Assembly (NCBI GenBank): GCA_050331735.1
Contig: JBHJGN010000022.1
Span: forward strand, 1 to 64,000
DNA length: 64,000 nucleotides
Direction: 5' to 3'
Source of the DNA: Cyanophyceae cyanobacterium
GTDB lineage: Bacteria; Cyanobacteriota; Cyanobacteriia; Cyanobacteriales; JBHJGN01
Below the pieces are notes generated by a model. The model was given only the letters and a program-made list of their open reading frames with translations, ran no database searches and was not told the DNA's origin. A program made the translations under genes and the position numbers. How positions within the stretch are numbered: position 1 is the stretch's first letter; each line of letters starts with the position of its first letter. Shown here in pieces: positions 11,291-21,279 of this stretch.

Positions 11291-11782
11291 ATGATGTCTG
11301 CCCCTGAAGTTCATCTCTATACCCAAGAAGAAGTTCAGCAAATTCTGCACTTAGCCATCACTCGTCAAGCCTCTGATGGAGAGTTTGACAGGCAGCAGCT
11401 CAGCGAAATTGCCCAAGAGCTTGGCATTGACGAAGCCTGTCTGCAAGCGGCGGAGCAGGATTGGCTGATGCAACAAAGTATCGGCAAACAGCGCCGCGAG
11501 TTTGACAGCTATCGCCGTAGTCAGCTCAAACAGAAAGTGGTTAGATATGCAATTGTCAACATTTTTTTAATTTCCCTCAACGTTGTGAGCGCCGGAGCGG
11601 TAACGTGGTCGCTGTATGTGTTATTGTTCTGGGGGCTAAAATTATCGTTAAATGCCTGGAAAACGTTTCAATCTCAAGGAGAAGCCTACGAGCAGGCTTT
11701 TCAGCGCTGGCAGCTTAGACTTGAACTCAGGCGCTCTCTATCAACTCTTTGGGGCAGACTACAAAAAGCTTGGCAGGTCTGA
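11291..11782 (+). CDS. 2TM domain-containing protein
   Basis: Cyanobacterial YTQEEVQQILHLAI N-terminus followed by two hydrophobic helices. Confidence 0.75.
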   Translation: MMSAPEVHLYTQEEVQQILHLAITRQASDGEFDRQQLSEIAQELGIDEACLQAAEQDWLMQQSIGKQRREFDSYRRSQLKQKVVRYAIVNIFLISLNVVSAGAVTWSLYVLLFWGLKLSLNAWKTFQSQGEAYEQAFQRWQLRLELRRSLSTLWGRLQKAWQV

Positions 11783-11997
11783 ACGGTTGGGGAGCGAAGC
11801 ACCGAACCGAACTGCTTGGCGCTTCTCCGATTTAAGATTGTGGGATGTGGAGAGAAGGTTAGAGTTGTGTGTTCCTTGACCCCTTGCCCTTTTCCCTTTG
11901 CCCGTTCGACGCGAGTAGCCCCCATCCCCCCAAAACAGGTCAACCTGCGTCGAACAATTCCTTGTCACTAGCCCTAATTCATCGTAGATTTTAATAG

Positions 11998-14637
11998 ATG
12001 CAGCCCACCGACTCCAGCAAATTTACCGAACAAGCCTGGGACGCTATTGTTAAATCGCAAGAAGTTGCCCGTCGATTCAAAAATCAAACCCTCGAAGTCG
12101 AACACGTGGTGCTTAGCCTTCTAGAACAGGAAGGATTAGCCCAAAAAATTCTTGAGCGAGCCGCGAACCGCGATCGCTTGAAGCAGCAGATCGAAGCGTT
12201 TACGAACCGCCAAGCCAAGGTGCTTAACGTCGATCAGCTCTACTTGGGACGGAGTTTAGATGTGATGTTAGACCGCGCCGAGGCTTCTCGAGAGAGCTGG
12301 CAGGATAAGTATATTTCCGTTGAGCATCTACTGATGGGATTTGCCGAAGACGAGCGCGTTGGCAAACGCTGTCTGCGAACCTTTAATCTCGATCCTCAAG
12401 ATTTAGAGCAGCACATTAGGGCGATTCGCGGGACTCAAAAGGTCACGGAACCGAATCAGGAAGATCGTTATGAGGCGCTAGAGAAGTACGGGCGAGATCT
12501 CACAGCAGAGGCTAAACTAGGCAAGCTCGATCCGGTGATTGGCCGAGACGAGGAGATTCGTCGGGTGGTGCAGGTGCTATCCCGTCGCTCCAAAAACAAT
12601 CCGGTGCTGATTGGCGAACCAGGGGTGGGAAAAACCGCGATCGCCGAAGGGTTAGCCCAGCGGATTATTAACGGGGACGTGCCTGAATCTCTCAAGAACC
12701 GCCAGCTTATCTCCCTGGACATGGGCAGCCTGATTGCCGGAGCGAAATACCGGGGGGAATTTGAGGATCGTCTGCGCACCGTGCTGCGAGAAGTAACCAA
12801 TTCAGAAGGTCAAATTGTCCTGTTCATTGACGAACTGCACACCGTCGTCGGGGCCGGCTCTCCCCAAGGCTCAATGGATGCGGGCAACTTACTTAAGCCC
12901 ATGCTGGCGCGGGGAGAACTGCGCTGTATTGGCGCAACCACCCTCGACGAGTATCGCAAGCATATCGAGAAAGATGCAGCGCTAGAGCGACGCTTTCAGC
13001 AGGTGCTGGTCAAACAGCCGAGTGTAGAGGATGCGATCTCGATTTTGCGCGGACTCAAGGAACGCTACGAAGTCCATCATGGAGTCAAAATTACCGATTC
13101 TGCCCTGGTGGCGGCGGCCACTCTCTCCCACCGCTACATTACCGAGCGGTTTCTGCCCGACAAAGCGATCGATTTAGTCGATGAAGCGGCGGCGAAGCTG
13201 AAAATGGAAATTACCTCTAAACCCGTTGAGCTAGAGGCCATCGATCGGCGCTTGATGCAGCTTCAGATGGAAAAACTCTCGCTAGAAGGGGAAGAAAAGC
13301 GCGGGGCAGTAATTGGCAGCGCTCAAGAACGCCTCGAGCGCATTCAGCAAGAAATCGACGACCTCGAAAGCAAGCAAACTCAGCTCTCTTCTCAATGGCA
13401 GGGCGAAAAGCAGCTACTCGATGAGATTAATGTTCTCAAAGAGGAAGAGGAACAGGTCCGCCTTCAGCTAGAGCAGGCAGAGCGAGCCTACGACCACGAA
13501 AAAGCGGCTCAGCTTAAGTACGGCAGGCTGGAGGTGTTACAGCGAGACTTGGATGCTAAAGAAACGAGCTTGCTGGAGATTCAGTCCCAGGGAACGGCTT
13601 TGCTGCGCGAAGAAGTCACCGAAGCCGACATTGCCGAAATTGTGGCTCGCTGGACCGGTATTCCGGTTAACCGACTGCTGGAGTCGGAGCGGCAAAAGCT
13701 CTTACAGCTCGAAGGTCATCTCCACGAACGGGTAATCGGGCAGCAGGAAGCCGTTGCTGCTGTTGCTGCCGCTATCCGCCGTGCGCGCGCGGGCATGAAA
13801 GACCCCGGGCGACCGATCGGTTCGTTCCTGTTTATGGGACCAACCGGCGTGGGTAAAACCGAATTAGCGAGAGCTATGGCTCAGTTTCTCTTCGATAGCG
13901 AAGAAGCAATGGTGCGCCTCGATATGTCGGAGTATATGGAGAAACACGCCGTCTCGCGCCTCGTCGGTGCGCCTCCGGGGTATGTGGGCTACGAGGAAGG
14001 CGGACAGCTTTCTGAAACTGTTCGTCGTCGCCCCTATTCGGTGGTGCTGCTGGACGAAGTAGAAAAGGCGCACCCGGATGTATTTAATATCCTTTTGCAG
14101 GTGCTCGATGACGGGCGCATTACCGATTCTCAAGGGCGGGTGGTTGATTTCCGCAACGCCATTATTGTAATGACGAGCAACATCGGCAGTGAGTATATTC
14201 TCAATGTCGCGGTCGACGACGCTCACTATGAAAAGATGCGGAGTCGGGTGTTGCAGGCATTAAGAAAGCATTTCCGGCCCGAATTTCTGAACCGCATTGA
14301 CGATCTGATTATTTTCCATACCCTCAAGCGCGAGGAACTGCGGCAAATCGTGCGGATTCAGCTAGGACGCATGAAGAAGCTGCTGTCGGAGCAGAAGATG
14401 AATATTCAATTAACGGAAGCTGCTCAAAATTATATTGTTGATGTCGGGTACGATCCGGTGTACGGAGCGCGTCCTCTCAAGCGAGCCATTCAGCGAGAGC
14501 TGGAAAATTCGATCGCCACTAAAATTTTAGAGAATACCTTTGTCGAAGGCGATACCATTGTAGTTGATTGCGTTGAGAATACCCTCACCTTTAGTAAAGA
14601 AGCCTCAATAGAAGTCCTAGAACCTCAGACGGTGTAA
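11998..14637 (+). CDS. clpB: ATP-dependent chaperone ClpB
   Basis: Two AAA+ modules ([16 protein letters not shown]), coiled-coil middle domain and GARPLKR. Confidence 0.97.
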   Translation: MQPTDSSKFTEQAWDAIVKSQEVARRFKNQTLEVEHVVLSLLEQEGLAQKILERAANRDRLKQQIEAFTNRQAKVLNVDQLYLGRSLDVMLDRAEASRESWQDKYISVEHLLMGFAEDERVGKRCLRTFNLDPQDLEQHIRAIRGTQKVTEPNQEDRYEALEKYGRDLTAEAKLGKLDPVIGRDEEIRRVVQVLSRRSKNNPVLIGEPGVGKTAIAEGLAQRIINGDVPESLKNRQLISLDMGSLIAGAKYRGEFEDRLRTVLREVTNSEGQIVLFIDELHTVVGAGSPQGSMDAGNLLKPMLARGELRCIGATTLDEYRKHIEKDAALERRFQQVLVKQPSVEDAISILRGLKERYEVHHGVKITDSALVAAATLSHRYITERFLPDKAIDLVDEAAAKLKMEITSKPVELEAIDRRLMQLQMEKLSLEGEEKRGAVIGSAQERLERIQQEIDDLESKQTQLSSQWQGEKQLLDEINVLKEEEEQVRLQLEQAERAYDHEKAAQLKYGRLEVLQRDLDAKETSLLEIQSQGTALLREEVTEADIAEIVARWTGIPVNRLLESERQKLLQLEGHLHERVIGQQEAVAAVAAAIRRARAGMKDPGRPIGSFLFMGPTGVGKTELARAMAQFLFDSEEAMVRLDMSEYMEKHAVSRLVGAPPGYVGYEEGGQLSETVRRRPYSVVLLDEVEKAHPDVFNILLQVLDDGRITDSQGRVVDFRNAIIVMTSNIGSEYILNVAVDDAHYEKMRSRVLQALRKHFRPEFLNRIDDLIIFHTLKREELRQIVRIQLGRMKKLLSEQKMNIQLTEAAQNYIVDVGYDPVYGARPLKRAIQRELENSIATKILENTFVEGDTIVVDCVENTLTFSKEASIEVLEPQTV

Positions 14638-14904
14638 GGAGTATTAAGAATCAACTGCATTGGTGTCTCGATGTTGTGTTCAACGAAGATGCTTCTCGCA
14701 TTCGCATTCGACCATGCTCCGCGCCATACGAGTATGCTGCGTCGCCTGGCGCTTAACCTTCTGCACCAAGAGCCATCAAAAGGTAGTTGGCGATGAAACG
14801 ATATCGAGCGGGCATAGACGACCAGTTCATGCTGTAAATTCTGGACGCAAACATTCCTCCCCCTGAAGCACATTCTCAACCAGAATTTTGATGCGTTCGC
14901 CCTG
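14638..14904 (+). mobile_element. Degenerate ISAs1-family transposase 3' remnant with right terminal repeat
   Basis: Translates, with frameshifts and a stop, to SIKNQLHWCLDVVFNEDASRIR..HAPRHTSMLRRLALNLLHQEPSKGS..MKRYRAGIDDQFML*IL. Ends in TTGATGCGTTCGCCCTG, which resembles ISAs1 termini. Confidence 0.85.
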
Positions 14905-14960
14905 TTATTGACTCCTGGGCTTTCGTGACTCTCATTGCCCTCATAAATCAGTTTTATTCT

Positions 14961-15100
14961 TATACCATTTACCGAAAGTAGTCAGATAGTTCCTTAAACT
15001 AACCAAGCATTGGAGGTTCAAGGGCAAAGAGCTGCTGTGCTTCCCTTTCCCCTTTCCCCCAACTCATTAAGTCTCCTATTTCTTTTTCTAATTGGTATTA
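14961..15100. repeat. ~140-bp MITE-like dispersed repeat, copy 1
   Basis: Near-identical inverted copy at 20993-21139. Termini TATACCATT...AATTGGTATTA form short inverted repeats. Confidence 0.85.
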
Positions 15101-15174
15101 CTTTCCCGCTCGTCAACCTGGCTCTTTAATGACTTCTTAATCTCGGGAGCTGACAAAAGAGGGATAGCGATCGC

Positions 15175-16224
15175 TCACGGACGATAGACTTGTCCAATAC
15201 TGCGATCACCTTGAACTTCAATCACCAAATCGACGAGATCGGGACGCTTGACTAACGGAGTTATCAATAACTCGGGATGGAGCGATCGCCAAAAGTACTC
15301 CACAAACTGCTCGACTTCGGTATCGCTCATGCCTGGCTTCCCAGAGGCTTTCATTTTTTGTTCAGCTTCCCGTCGCCACTGTTTGCTGAGACGGTAATCA
15401 ATTGGATACAGCACCATTAAGCGGTCCAGTTGCTCCCATAGCGGTAAATATTCCTTGAGCCGCTCATTGCTATTTCTGGCAAACTGGCGGTCTGCCGGTG
15501 TGGTAATTGGTGGCGGTGCCTGCTCAAAAACCGCTGTTTCCACCGGACGGACTCCGACAAACCAGCCTTCAAAGAGAACAATATCCGCCGAATCAACGAC
15601 TTCCGGCTGAGTTCTATCGCCAGCACCAGCGAACGCTGATTTATCGAAACGAGGCACGATTATTGTCCCTCGCTGCGGCTGTCGGCACTGCTTCAACAGG
15701 GCCATTCCTAACTCAAGATCGTGGGTTCCTGGAGGACCACGCCAAATTAAGCGCGGATCTTGCCGCTGAAGCTGCTGACGTTCTGCGTAGGTTTTGTACA
15801 GGTCATCAATGGAAACGCAAAGCGTCGTTAGACCCAAATATTCCAAAATCAAGCGGCACACAGCAGCCAAAGTGGTTTTTCCGGTTCCCTGTCCTCCCAA
15901 AATGCCCTGGATTAAAGGTTGTCCTGCGGGTTTAACCGACTGTAGCTGCATTGCTAGAGGAAGCCAAACGCGCCAGAGAGTCACCAAAATTTGGGCTGAA
16001 TCGCTGATGCCGTAGTGATGGCAGAGCGCCAGAACCCGAGCAGCAACCCGCTCAAAGAGTTGAGTTCTCGCTGTAACAACGGGCTGAACATTCGCCTCGG
16101 TAATGCCGAAGGCTTGAGCGCGACTGACATCGGCTAACTCATAGTCTACGAGACGCGCTCTCGCTTCAGGGGAAAATCTTCCTAAATGCTGCAAAATCTG
16201 GACAACTTCAGCAGAAGACGGCAT
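15175..16224 (-). CDS. D-glycerate 3-kinase (GLYK type)
   Basis: P-loop GGQGTGKTT, SIDDLY, RGPPGTHD, PRFDKS...GDR, LFEGWFVG and WRREAE. Confidence 0.85.
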   Translation of the reverse strand: MPSSAEVVQILQHLGRFSPEARARLVDYELADVSRAQAFGITEANVQPVVTARTQLFERVAARVLALCHHYGISDSAQILVTLWRVWLPLAMQLQSVKPAGQPLIQGILGGQGTGKTTLAAVCRLILEYLGLTTLCVSIDDLYKTYAERQQLQRQDPRLIWRGPPGTHDLELGMALLKQCRQPQRGTIIVPRFDKSAFAGAGDRTQPEVVDSADIVLFEGWFVGVRPVETAVFEQAPPPITTPADRQFARNSNERLKEYLPLWEQLDRLMVLYPIDYRLSKQWRREAEQKMKASGKPGMSDTEVEQFVEYFWRSLHPELLITPLVKRPDLVDLVIEVQGDRSIGQVYRP

Positions 16225-16227
16225 TGT

Positions 16228-16551
16228 TCACGAACCAAGCTTAAAGGCTTCTAAATAGAGACTATAGGTTAAACCCACTTTAAAAGCGTTCAGCGCTGTC
16301 CATCCAAACGCGCTGCCTCGACGGCGATAGAAAAAGATACTAATCGCCTCAGTTAACAAAAGCAACAGCGCCGCCACTAACACATCCCAGACGGCATCCT
16401 GTCCCGCTGTTGTCGATACGGCTGATCCCATAAAGATCCCAAACAGCAAACTAATGAGTAGCAACGAAACCCGCCGCCAAGGATTGCTGAGGAAACGATT
16501 GATTTGCACACTCAACAAGTCAACGAGCGTATTGAGGCGAGTCCGCTGCAT
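16228..16551 (-). CDS. DUF565 / Ycf20 family protein
   Basis: MQRTRL...NPWRR...LEAFKLGS ends are typical of DUF565. Confidence 0.88.
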   Translation of the reverse strand: MQRTRLNTLVDLLSVQINRFLSNPWRRVSLLLISLLFGIFMGSAVSTTAGQDAVWDVLVAALLLLLTEAISIFFYRRRGSAFGWTALNAFKVGLTYSLYLEAFKLGS

Positions 16552-16571
16552 TTACCTCTCCCTGTTGATTC

Positions 16572-17138
16572 CTACCGTGCAATTCGGTTCAATAACCACA
16601 AGCTAGAAGCAATGCCGCTAAAGTGAGCAGCAATGGTGTTCGTGTTTGCCTGGACGATTAACAGGTCTATAGAATTGACAAACTCAGACGGATCGGTAGT
16701 GAGGGCGAGCTGAGGACGAGAGAGAGATTTTCCGAGAACGAGACCAATTAACGCTTCAGCGCCAATAATGGCAATCAGCATTCCGACCAGGTTAATCGTC
16801 AAGCCGATCCGAATGGCTTGAAGCGTATCAGATTTTTTCGGACGGCGCGCCGGATCGGGTTCTTCAATGCGCCTTGCCATTTGCGTATAGCGCCAGGAAA
16901 AGTAAATATTGATGGCGAGGGCAACTAGACCAATCGCAGCACAGAAAAACCCAAATTGGCTGGCGATCGTGCGTTCTCTACTGTTGACCAGTGCTGGACT
17001 GGTGAACAGTAGCGTTACCGTCGCAATCACTCCCAAGATTAACTGTAGCCAAAAGCTGATGCGTCCTGCTCGTTTAATGCTTAAGGCAACTCGCTGGACT
17101 TTACTAGATAGGGGAGGCGTAATTTCGGATTTGCTCAT
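16572..17138 (-). CDS. DUF3611 family membrane protein
   Basis: GRISFWLQLILG...DLLIVQANTNTIAAHF motifs. Confidence 0.85.
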   Translation of the reverse strand: MSKSEITPPLSSKVQRVALSIKRAGRISFWLQLILGVIATVTLLFTSPALVNSRERTIASQFGFFCAAIGLVALAINIYFSWRYTQMARRIEEPDPARRPKKSDTLQAIRIGLTINLVGMLIAIIGAEALIGLVLGKSLSRPQLALTTDPSEFVNSIDLLIVQANTNTIAAHFSGIASSLWLLNRIAR

Positions 17139-17413
17139 GGATTTAAAGAAGACGCTCTATCATCTCAATCTGCAACGGGTCTGTTTCAATTGTCTACCGT
17201 TCTCTTCAGGCTTGCCCAGCTACCCCGTTTAAAATCTGTCTAGAGAACGGTGACACGTCGAGCTTTGAGGGGCAAGAATCTGGGAGGAGCGAGTGTCAGT
17301 CGCGGTCAGAGTTGACCAAAGGTGGGTTGATTTGGCTGGAGGTTGTTTTCAATCCATGACCGCTGTCCTGACCAGCGCATTGTCCTACCCATTATCGTTT
17401 TTTTTGACACTTC

Positions 17414-18607
17414 TTGAGCAGCATGACGCATCTATCTACTGTAGTCCCTGAATCAGTTCCAGAGCGGGAAGAGGAATATTTTGAATATTTCTTCGACAAA
17501 CCGGGAAGCGAACCCGGTACGCTCAGTATTGATCCAGATGCTCGTCCCTCTGAAATTATCTTAATCGACTACGACAAAAATCGGGCCACTCGAAAAACGA
17601 ATATTACGCCTCAAGACTGTCTTCCCTTTCTACACACAGATTCAGTGTCATGGGTTGATATTCAGGGCTTAGGGAGCGAAATGATCTTAAAACAGATGGG
17701 AGAAGTGTTCGGGCTGCATCCCCTGCTGCTAGAAGACGTGGTTAACGTGCCTCAGCGTCCGAAAGTAGACGATACCGAAGAGCAATTGCTCATTATTGCT
17801 CAGATGGTTAAACCAACGCCAGACGAAGAAGGGTTTGAGAGCGAACAGGTCAGCTATATTTTGGGCAAAAACTATCTGCTGACCTTCCAAGAAACCTCAG
17901 CAGATTGCTTTGAACCGGTACGTGATCGCATCCGCAGTAAAAAAGGAAAGCTCCGAGATTCAGGACCGGATTACCTAGCCTATGTGCTCTTGGATGCTCT
18001 CATCGATGGCTATTTTCCAGTTCTAGAAGACTACGGAGAGCGTGTTGAAGCGTTAGAAGATCGCATCGTGCTGAAGCCGACACGCGATACGTTAGAAGAA
18101 ATCTACGCGGTGCGGCGGGAATTATTAGCCCTCCGACGAACCATTTGGCCGCTGCGCAGCGCGATCAACACGCTGATTCGCGGCGACAGTCGGCTGATCA
18201 GCCCAGATACCCAAGTTTACCTGAGAGACTGCTACGACCACATCATTCAGCTTCTCGACATTATTGAAACCTACCGAGAGCTCGCTTCTAGCCTGATGGA
18301 CGTTTATATGTCTGCCATGAGCAACAAAATGAATGAAGTGATCAATTTGCTCACCGTCATTTCTACTATTTTCATTCCGCTGACGTTTATCGTCGGCGTG
18401 TACGGCATGAATTTTGAGTACATGCCAGAACTAGAGTGGCGATGGGGCTACTTTGCCTGTTGGGGGGTGATGATTGCCATTGCCACCAGCCTGATCGTCT
18501 TTTTCTGGCGACGCGGCTGGTTCACGCGCTTTTATTCTATGAAGGCGCTGCGCTCCAGTGAAAAATTAAAAACCATGTCCTCTCGCTCCAATGAATTGAA
18601 AAGATAA
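17414..18607 (+). CDS. corA: Magnesium/cobalt transporter CorA
   Basis: LHPLLLEDVVNVPQRPK, PLTFIVGVYGMNF (GMN motif) and MPELEW. Confidence 0.95.
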   Translation: MSSMTHLSTVVPESVPEREEEYFEYFFDKPGSEPGTLSIDPDARPSEIILIDYDKNRATRKTNITPQDCLPFLHTDSVSWVDIQGLGSEMILKQMGEVFGLHPLLLEDVVNVPQRPKVDDTEEQLLIIAQMVKPTPDEEGFESEQVSYILGKNYLLTFQETSADCFEPVRDRIRSKKGKLRDSGPDYLAYVLLDALIDGYFPVLEDYGERVEALEDRIVLKPTRDTLEEIYAVRRELLALRRTIWPLRSAINTLIRGDSRLISPDTQVYLRDCYDHIIQLLDIIETYRELASSLMDVYMSAMSNKMNEVINLLTVISTIFIPLTFIVGVYGMNFEYMPELEWRWGYFACWGVMIAIATSLIVFFWRRGWFTRFYSMKALRSSEKLKTMSSRSNELKR

Positions 18608-18695
18608 AAATTAACCATTCTGTCCTGCTGGATTTGATTCCGGAACTGGTTAGTTTTTGCTCTATTGAGGTCAAGCTGACTTAAACTAGATTTTA

Positions 18696-19101
18696 GAGAG
18701 AGTTGGCGAGGTGGTTGCAGATCGGCTCGACGAGGCTGAATCTGAGGAAAGTCCGGGCTCCCGAAAGACCAAACTTGCTGGGTAACTCCCAGTGCGGGCG
18801 ACCGTGAGGATAGTGCCACAGAAACATACCGCCTCTTAAACCAGCGAACAGTAAATCGGTAACTGACTACTGGTCACTGCCAAAGGGGTAAGGGTGCAAA
18901 GGTGCGGTAAGAGCGCACCAGCAGCATCGAGAGGTGCTGGCTCGGTAAACCCCGGTGGGGAGCAAGGACGAAGGGACTACGGTTGGTCTTTTACCAGTCC
19001 TGCGATTGGAGTGCCGCTAGAGGTGTTTGGTAACAAACATCCCAGATAGATAACCGCCCTCCACAGTTGGAGAACAGAACCCGGCTTACGTCCAACTCTC
19101 T
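18696..19101 (+). ncRNA. rnpB: RNase P RNA (bacterial type A)
   Basis: GAGGAAAGTCCGGGCT, AGTGCCACAGAAA, GGTAAACCCC..GGAGCAAG and AACAGAACCCGGCTTA. P1 is GAGAGTTGG/CCAACTCTC. Confidence 0.97.
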
Positions 19102-19103
19102 TT

Positions 19104-19165
19104 GACAATGAACAATAGAATTGGTTACTCATTGCTGTTGATTGTTCATTGTTCACTGTTCATTG
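19104..19165. repeat. STRR-like heptamer repeats (TGTTCAT/ATGAACA) forming an imperfect hairpin after rnpB
   Basis: CAATGAACAAT ... ATTGTTCATTGTTCACTGTTCATTG. Confidence 0.6.
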
Positions 19166-19874
19166 CTCAGTGAATTTGATGCTCGATCCTAGGCGCGATA
19201 AGCAGCTCCGAAAATTGGTGCAAAAGTTGGGAGTGCCGGAAACCCCAGTAGAGTGGGGTCTGCTCGATTTGGCGCTGACTCATCCCAGCTTTTCCCAAAC
19301 AAACTATCAACAGCTAGAATTTGTGGGAGATGCCGTCGTGCGACTGGCGGCATCAGAAGTTTTGCTGGAAACGTACCCCGATGAGCTGGTGGGCGAGTTT
19401 GCGGCGATTCGTTCGATTCTGGTCAGCGATCGCACCCTAGCCGAATTTGCGCAGAAGTTTGGGTTAGAGCGCTATTTGCTCCTGGCTAGTAGCGCAGCGG
19501 CAGATTCAGCCGGACAAACCTCTCGCCTAGCGGATGCCTTTGAAGCTGTTTTAGGGGCGCTTTACCTGAGTACCCACACGATGGCGCTAGTGCGTCCCTG
19601 GCTAGACTTGATGCTCAAGGAAAAAGCCGCCGAAGTGCGGGCCGACCCGGCTCGCCAGAACTACAAAGATGCTTTGCAGGAGTGGTCCCAATCTCATTAC
19701 AGCCTGCTGCCAGAATACCGCGTTCGTGAGGCAGCGGCGGCAGATAACGAGCGCTTTGTGGCTGAAGTCTGGCTCAATCAGCAATGTTTAGGTCAGGGCA
19801 AAGGGCGCTCTAAGAAAGCCGCTGAGCAAGCAGCAGCGAAGTCAGCTTTTACCGTTTTTGTCAAGCGCTCGTAG
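19149..19874 (+). CDS. rnc: Ribonuclease III (start probably ATG 19179)
   Basis: ALTHPS, NYQQLEFVGDAV, ADAFEAVLGALY and C-terminal dsRBD (GRSKKAAEQAAA). Confidence 0.93.
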   Translation: MFTVHCSVNLMLDPRRDKQLRKLVQKLGVPETPVEWGLLDLALTHPSFSQTNYQQLEFVGDAVVRLAASEVLLETYPDELVGEFAAIRSILVSDRTLAEFAQKFGLERYLLLASSAAADSAGQTSRLADAFEAVLGALYLSTHTMALVRPWLDLMLKEKAAEVRADPARQNYKDALQEWSQSHYSLLPEYRVREAAAADNERFVAEVWLNQQCLGQGKGRSKKAAEQAAAKSAFTVFVKRS

Positions 19875-19928
19875 AAACTTACGAATTGGGGACTGGATCA
19901 ATCTAACGTTCGGGTATGCTGGTCTCAA

Positions 19929-20984
19929 TTGACCCATGACCAACGACCCATGACCAATGATCGACGCGTCAAAATTGCCGTTTTAGGAGCCGGACGCTGG
20001 GGGATTCATCTGATTCGGAATTTTCACCACCATCCTCTCTCTCAGGTACAGGCCGTTGTAGATCCTCACCGAGAACGGCTGCAATATGTTCAAGAGCGTA
20101 TCCTCAACCCAGTCACCCTAGCAACCGATTGGCAGTCGCTCCGACAAAACGACATTGACGCTGTGGTGGTGGCGACTCCAGCCTCCACTCACTATCCTCT
20201 GATCAAAGATGCTTTGATCAGAGGCTATCACGTTTTAGCCGAAAAACCGTTAACGCTCGATCCCCAGGAGTGCGTTGAACTGACCCGCCTTGCCGCCCAC
20301 AAACAGCGGCAGTTAATGGTTGACCATACCTACCTGTTCAATCCGGCGGTCCAGAGGGGCCAGGAAGTCATTAGCAGAGGCACCTTAGGCAAACTGCGCT
20401 ACGGGTATGCCAGCCGGACCCATTTAGGACCGGTACGGCAGGATGTCGATGCTCTCTGGGATTTAGCTATTCACGATCTTGCCATTTTTAACACTTGGTT
20501 AGGACAAAGACCTCACAAGGTTCAGGCGAACGGGCGGATTTGGCTCCAGCCGCCTCAGACCGGAAAAGGATTAGCTGATTTAGTGTGGGTCACTCTCTTC
20601 TATCCAGACGGTTTTGAGGCTCATATTCATCTATGCTGGCTGAACCCAGATAAACAAAGACGATTAACGATTGTGGGGTCTCAAGGATGCTTGATTTTCG
20701 ACGAGCTGGCAACCACTCCTCTCACTCTTAAACGCGGTCGTTTCCAGGCTGAGTTGACGCCGACTGGCATAGCTGATGAGGTAGTTGAGGTCGAAGCGGC
20801 AGAACCATTGAAGCGCGTCTGCGATCGCTTTCTAAGCAACATTCTCGACAAGCCAGTACCGCTTTCTGATGGCTGGACTGGCGCTTATCTAGTACACATC
20901 CTCCAGTGTCTCACACAGTCGCTCCAGCAGGGACAGGCGATCACCGTTCCCCCCCTCGTCGAGCAGCAATTTGAGCCGGGTTGA
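19929..20984 (+). CDS. Gfo/Idh/MocA family oxidoreductase
   Basis: GAGRWG, VATPASTH, EKP and WDLAIHD motifs. Confidence 0.9.
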   Translation: MTHDQRPMTNDRRVKIAVLGAGRWGIHLIRNFHHHPLSQVQAVVDPHRERLQYVQERILNPVTLATDWQSLRQNDIDAVVVATPASTHYPLIKDALIRGYHVLAEKPLTLDPQECVELTRLAAHKQRQLMVDHTYLFNPAVQRGQEVISRGTLGKLRYGYASRTHLGPVRQDVDALWDLAIHDLAIFNTWLGQRPHKVQANGRIWLQPPQTGKGLADLVWVTLFYPDGFEAHIHLCWLNPDKQRRLTIVGSQGCLIFDELATTPLTLKRGRFQAELTPTGIADEVVEVEAAEPLKRVCDRFLSNILDKPVPLSDGWTGAYLVHILQCLTQSLQQGQAITVPPLVEQQFEPG

Positions 20985-20992
20985 TTGAGACC

Positions 20993-21139
20993 TAATACCA
21001 ATTAGAAAAAGTAATCGGAGACTTGATGAGTTGGGGGAAAGGGGAAGGGGGAAAGGGAAGCACAGCAGCTCTTTGCCCTTGAACCTCCAATGCTTGGTTA
21101 GTTTAAGGAACTATCTGACTACTTTTGGTCAATGGTATA
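20993..21139. repeat. ~147-bp MITE-like dispersed repeat, copy 2 (inverted relative to copy 1)
   Basis: Reverse complement of 14961-15100 with a few substitutions and one extra GGGGAAG heptamer. Confidence 0.85.
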
Positions 21140-21279
21140 ACCTCCTCAACCAAACCCGCGCACCATCTTCTTCCGACTCAGCAGCAGAGTGGCAAGAGTT
21201 CAAGAATACTCATCTCCCCTTGCCCCGTTCCAACCGGGACAATTTTTCCTTGCCCCGTCCCGGAGCGAAGCTGCCTGAG

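Noticed and set aside
11875..11905. CCCTTxx heptamer runs here and at ~25845-25868 and ~54858-54890
   Set aside because: Ordinary cyanobacterial STRR-type intergenic repeats.
14625..14879. ORF-track calls over the IS remnant
   Set aside because: These are off-frame readings of a frameshifted ISAs1 transposase fragment.
18532..18819. 95-aa minus-strand ORF
   Set aside because: It is antisense to rnpB and the corA 3' end, a shadow ORF.
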